64,000 bases of DNA, taken from the NCBI RefSeq assembly GCF_009914755.1, contig NC_060932.1, one strand, 5' to 3'. This document shows, in pieces, positions 59,385 through 64,000 of this stretch. Below the pieces are notes generated by a model, which was not told where the DNA came from, did no database searches, and saw only the letters and a program-made list of their open reading frames with translations. The DNA is from the human T2T-CHM13v2.0 reference genome, Homo sapiens. A program made the position numbers and the translations under genes. Each line of letters opens with the position of its first letter. Within the stretch, counting starts at the first letter, position 1.

Positions 59385-62179
59385 TTAAATATTGCAAATA
59401 TTTGCTCTGTTGTTTATTTGCCTATTCATTTTATTTATAATGTTTCATGGTATATAAAAATTTAAATTTCATGTAACAAATTCTGTTAACATTTTCCTTT
59501 GCACTTTCTGCTTTTATGCTTATAAAGGCTTTCTGTAATGATATCCACTAAATAATCAATTATCTCTGGGTCTTATTTATTTTTTTACATTTTACACTTT
59601 AATCCATTTGGATTTCATTCTGATGTATGCGTGACGCATGTATCTGACTTGATATATTTTTCCCAAAATAATTCAGCTTCTCACTTCCAGCCCCCTACTC
59701 TCCATTGCCCTTAGAGTTGCATCAGAAATGGAGATAATTCATTAAAAAGGAAGAAGTAATCAAGGAAGACCACCTCTCCTAGGGCTCACCATGCTGGAGA
59801 AGGGGCATCCACCTTGCTTTTGTCATTCAAAGAGGCACTGAAAACACACCATCGAGTTTCTGAAAGAAAAGCTTTTCGGGCTGCCTGGAGTTCTCATTAA
59901 TTCTAGACCATAATAGTGGTACTTATCTCCTTTATGCTGCTGACTATTATTTTTCCTGGTATAGGATGTGATTTTTTTTCTTTTGTTTTAATTCCCATGT
60001 CACCCATGATACTCTTCAAAAGAGGTGGATGAAATTGACTTCCAGCTTCCCCTATGCCCTGGAATAGAAGCAATGCTTTCATGATAAATTACACAGAAAA
60101 AAAAAAGGCAGCTGGAGTTGCTTGTACCAAAATGAGAGTGGCTTTTGGCTCTGCTTCAGTGACTTTATTTCACATTTCTTTCTGAACTCTCAGAGAAAAG
60201 TGATAATGAGAGTTTAATCTCTAGACTTGTGCCATCAGCTTTTTATTTTCCTTGGAATGTTTTAAATCCTACAGGGCCTCAATTTCAGCCACTAGACACA
60301 GCACTTTCATGGTAGCTCTTCCCTGGGGTGGAAATAATCAGAGGGTAAAAATCCTAGGTTTGCCATATTTTTCAGCTGCAATCTGGTATATTTTTATTAT
60401 TTTGAAAAGACTAGGGGCACACACACAAAAGCTTAGTGGGGAGCGAGATGAAGGATGGAAAGCAGCTATTCTACAGTTTGCTGGAACTCAGCTACTGTTG
60501 TGAGCTAATATTCAACACCCTTATGGATGCTGATACTCTGATCTTTCCACTTTTCTGAATTTTGCTCTCTTCTTTGCTATGTTGGCTTGGGATGTACATC
60601 ATGGAGTATGTCATTAGACTTTATCCAAATTGTTTGTGTGTTGATGTTGAACCCATAAGAACTAAAAGTTCCTTCATTGGAATCCTTCCTGTGGTAGGTA
60701 AAGCACAGTGTGGCTAGAGGGAGTGGTGGGTTCTAATAATAGTGCTTTTCTAACTTTTTTTAAAGCAGGAAAATTATTTTTTTGAAAGTCTTATGAAAAT
60801 AACATTTATTTACTACATGACACTTGGGATACAGATGATACCATACTTATATATTTGTTTCAACAGATCAAATCTGGCTCCAGCCTCTCCCTGACAATAT
60901 TAAAAAGATCCTCTGAGTCTTTTATGTCTGGCAAGGCATGGGTCATTAGTGCACAATAATTCCTGTGGCCCTGGCTCCCCACCATGGTTTCATGATCCAT
61001 CAAGACAAGATGGCTCCACTTTTCCATCTCTGCCACGAAGTGTCTTTGCTGAGGTTACCGAGGCTCTGTGCTTAACACCAAGTCCTTATAAGTGCCCATG
61101 TTGCCAGGCTTTTTGAGGACCGGCTTGTCTCAGAGAGATTCCATTTTGTGTAGGGCATTTAGCATCATTATCTTATTTAAGTTCGGGAGATTCACTCTTT
61201 CAGAAGCCTTGGAGCTTCCCTTCCTAATCGTCAGGGTGCACCATCTCCATATTTCTCCTCTTTAGGTCATTCAACTTACTTTCATCATGTGCTAGAGCTT
61301 TGAACTTTAAGTGTCTCTTTAGGAGTTATCATTAGGGAATTCTTCTGCTCCTGGCTGTTGAAGAGGTGGGTGGAGGAAGCAACAGTGCAAGCTCTTTTGA
61401 CTCTGCAACCTGGAATGTAGACCTAAGGATTAGGGCCCGTCACTCTTTTGAGGTGTGGGGGTGATACATTTTTTGTTCTTTCATAGGAGATTATCTAAGA
61501 GAAAAGAAAGTACCATTCTTTAATCTTTTAATAAGCAGTCTTATTACATTAAATTTTCAGCAAATCACCATGATATATGTGGCCTATTGATATGCGAAAT
61601 AGACAGAATTGGAGATGATGTGATGGATGTGGATGGTGGCAAGAAGCCCTCCTCAAACCCAGCATCCCCCTAACGTTCGATGGCTCCTCAACTACCTTGA
61701 GGGGTCCTGGTGGGGAGGAAGCCGTTGTGGTATCTATAGATCTCAATCTAGAAACCATTTAAAATTGGTATTTCTGATAACATCTCTTCATATCCACACA
61801 TATTTATTATGACAGTTTGACCTAAGAATGTAAACATGTTCCAAAATGTTCCTAAAGAGGAACAGCTCCAATACCAAGCTGGCCAACTTTGGTGCCCTCT
61901 GTAACAGAACTGTGGAATATTTGAGAGAAGATTCCTATGAGGCATCCACTTTCTAAATAACATTCTCAAAGAATAAGGAAGTCCTCTTAGGCATTTTAGT
62001 TTTTCTTAACAGAAACACATCATTTCTATGATGTTCTTACTTTCCACCAGGCTGAGTTTATGTAAAATAACTGAAATTGAAAGAGAACATGCTTACTATG
62101 TGCCAGGCACTTTTTCAAACACATCCCATATAGTATTTATTTATTTTTAGTCACAAATACTTAAAAGTGCCAGAAATTT

Positions 62180-64000
<1,821 letters not shown>

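Overview
Primate (human-like) nuclear DNA: AT-rich, CpG-depleted, with no CpG island and no recognisable protein-coding exon, tRNA, rRNA or snRNA. Much of the window is transposable-element sequence: about 16 Alus, young and old L1s, L2, MIR, ERVL/ERV1/MaLR LTRs and hAT/Tigger DNA-transposon relics. The recognisable ORFs in the track are L1 ORF2, MaLR-internal or Alu read-throughs; the rest look like chance ORFs. I see no evidence of a new biological system. The most interesting structures are insertion-mechanism signatures: two L1s with twin-priming 5' inversions and TSDs (one nested three deep in LTRs), a candidate poly(A)-tailed retrocopy of an unidentified 3'UTR (~55.4-56.1 kb), a candidate L1 3' transduction (~25.2-26.3 kb), an MST provirus that lost its 3' LTR, an unexplained 35-bp direct repeat 1.2 kb apart, and several candidate exons with good splice sites. 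Repeat subfamily names come from remembered consensus sequences and boundaries of old elements are approximate; RepeatMasker/Dfam should confirm them.
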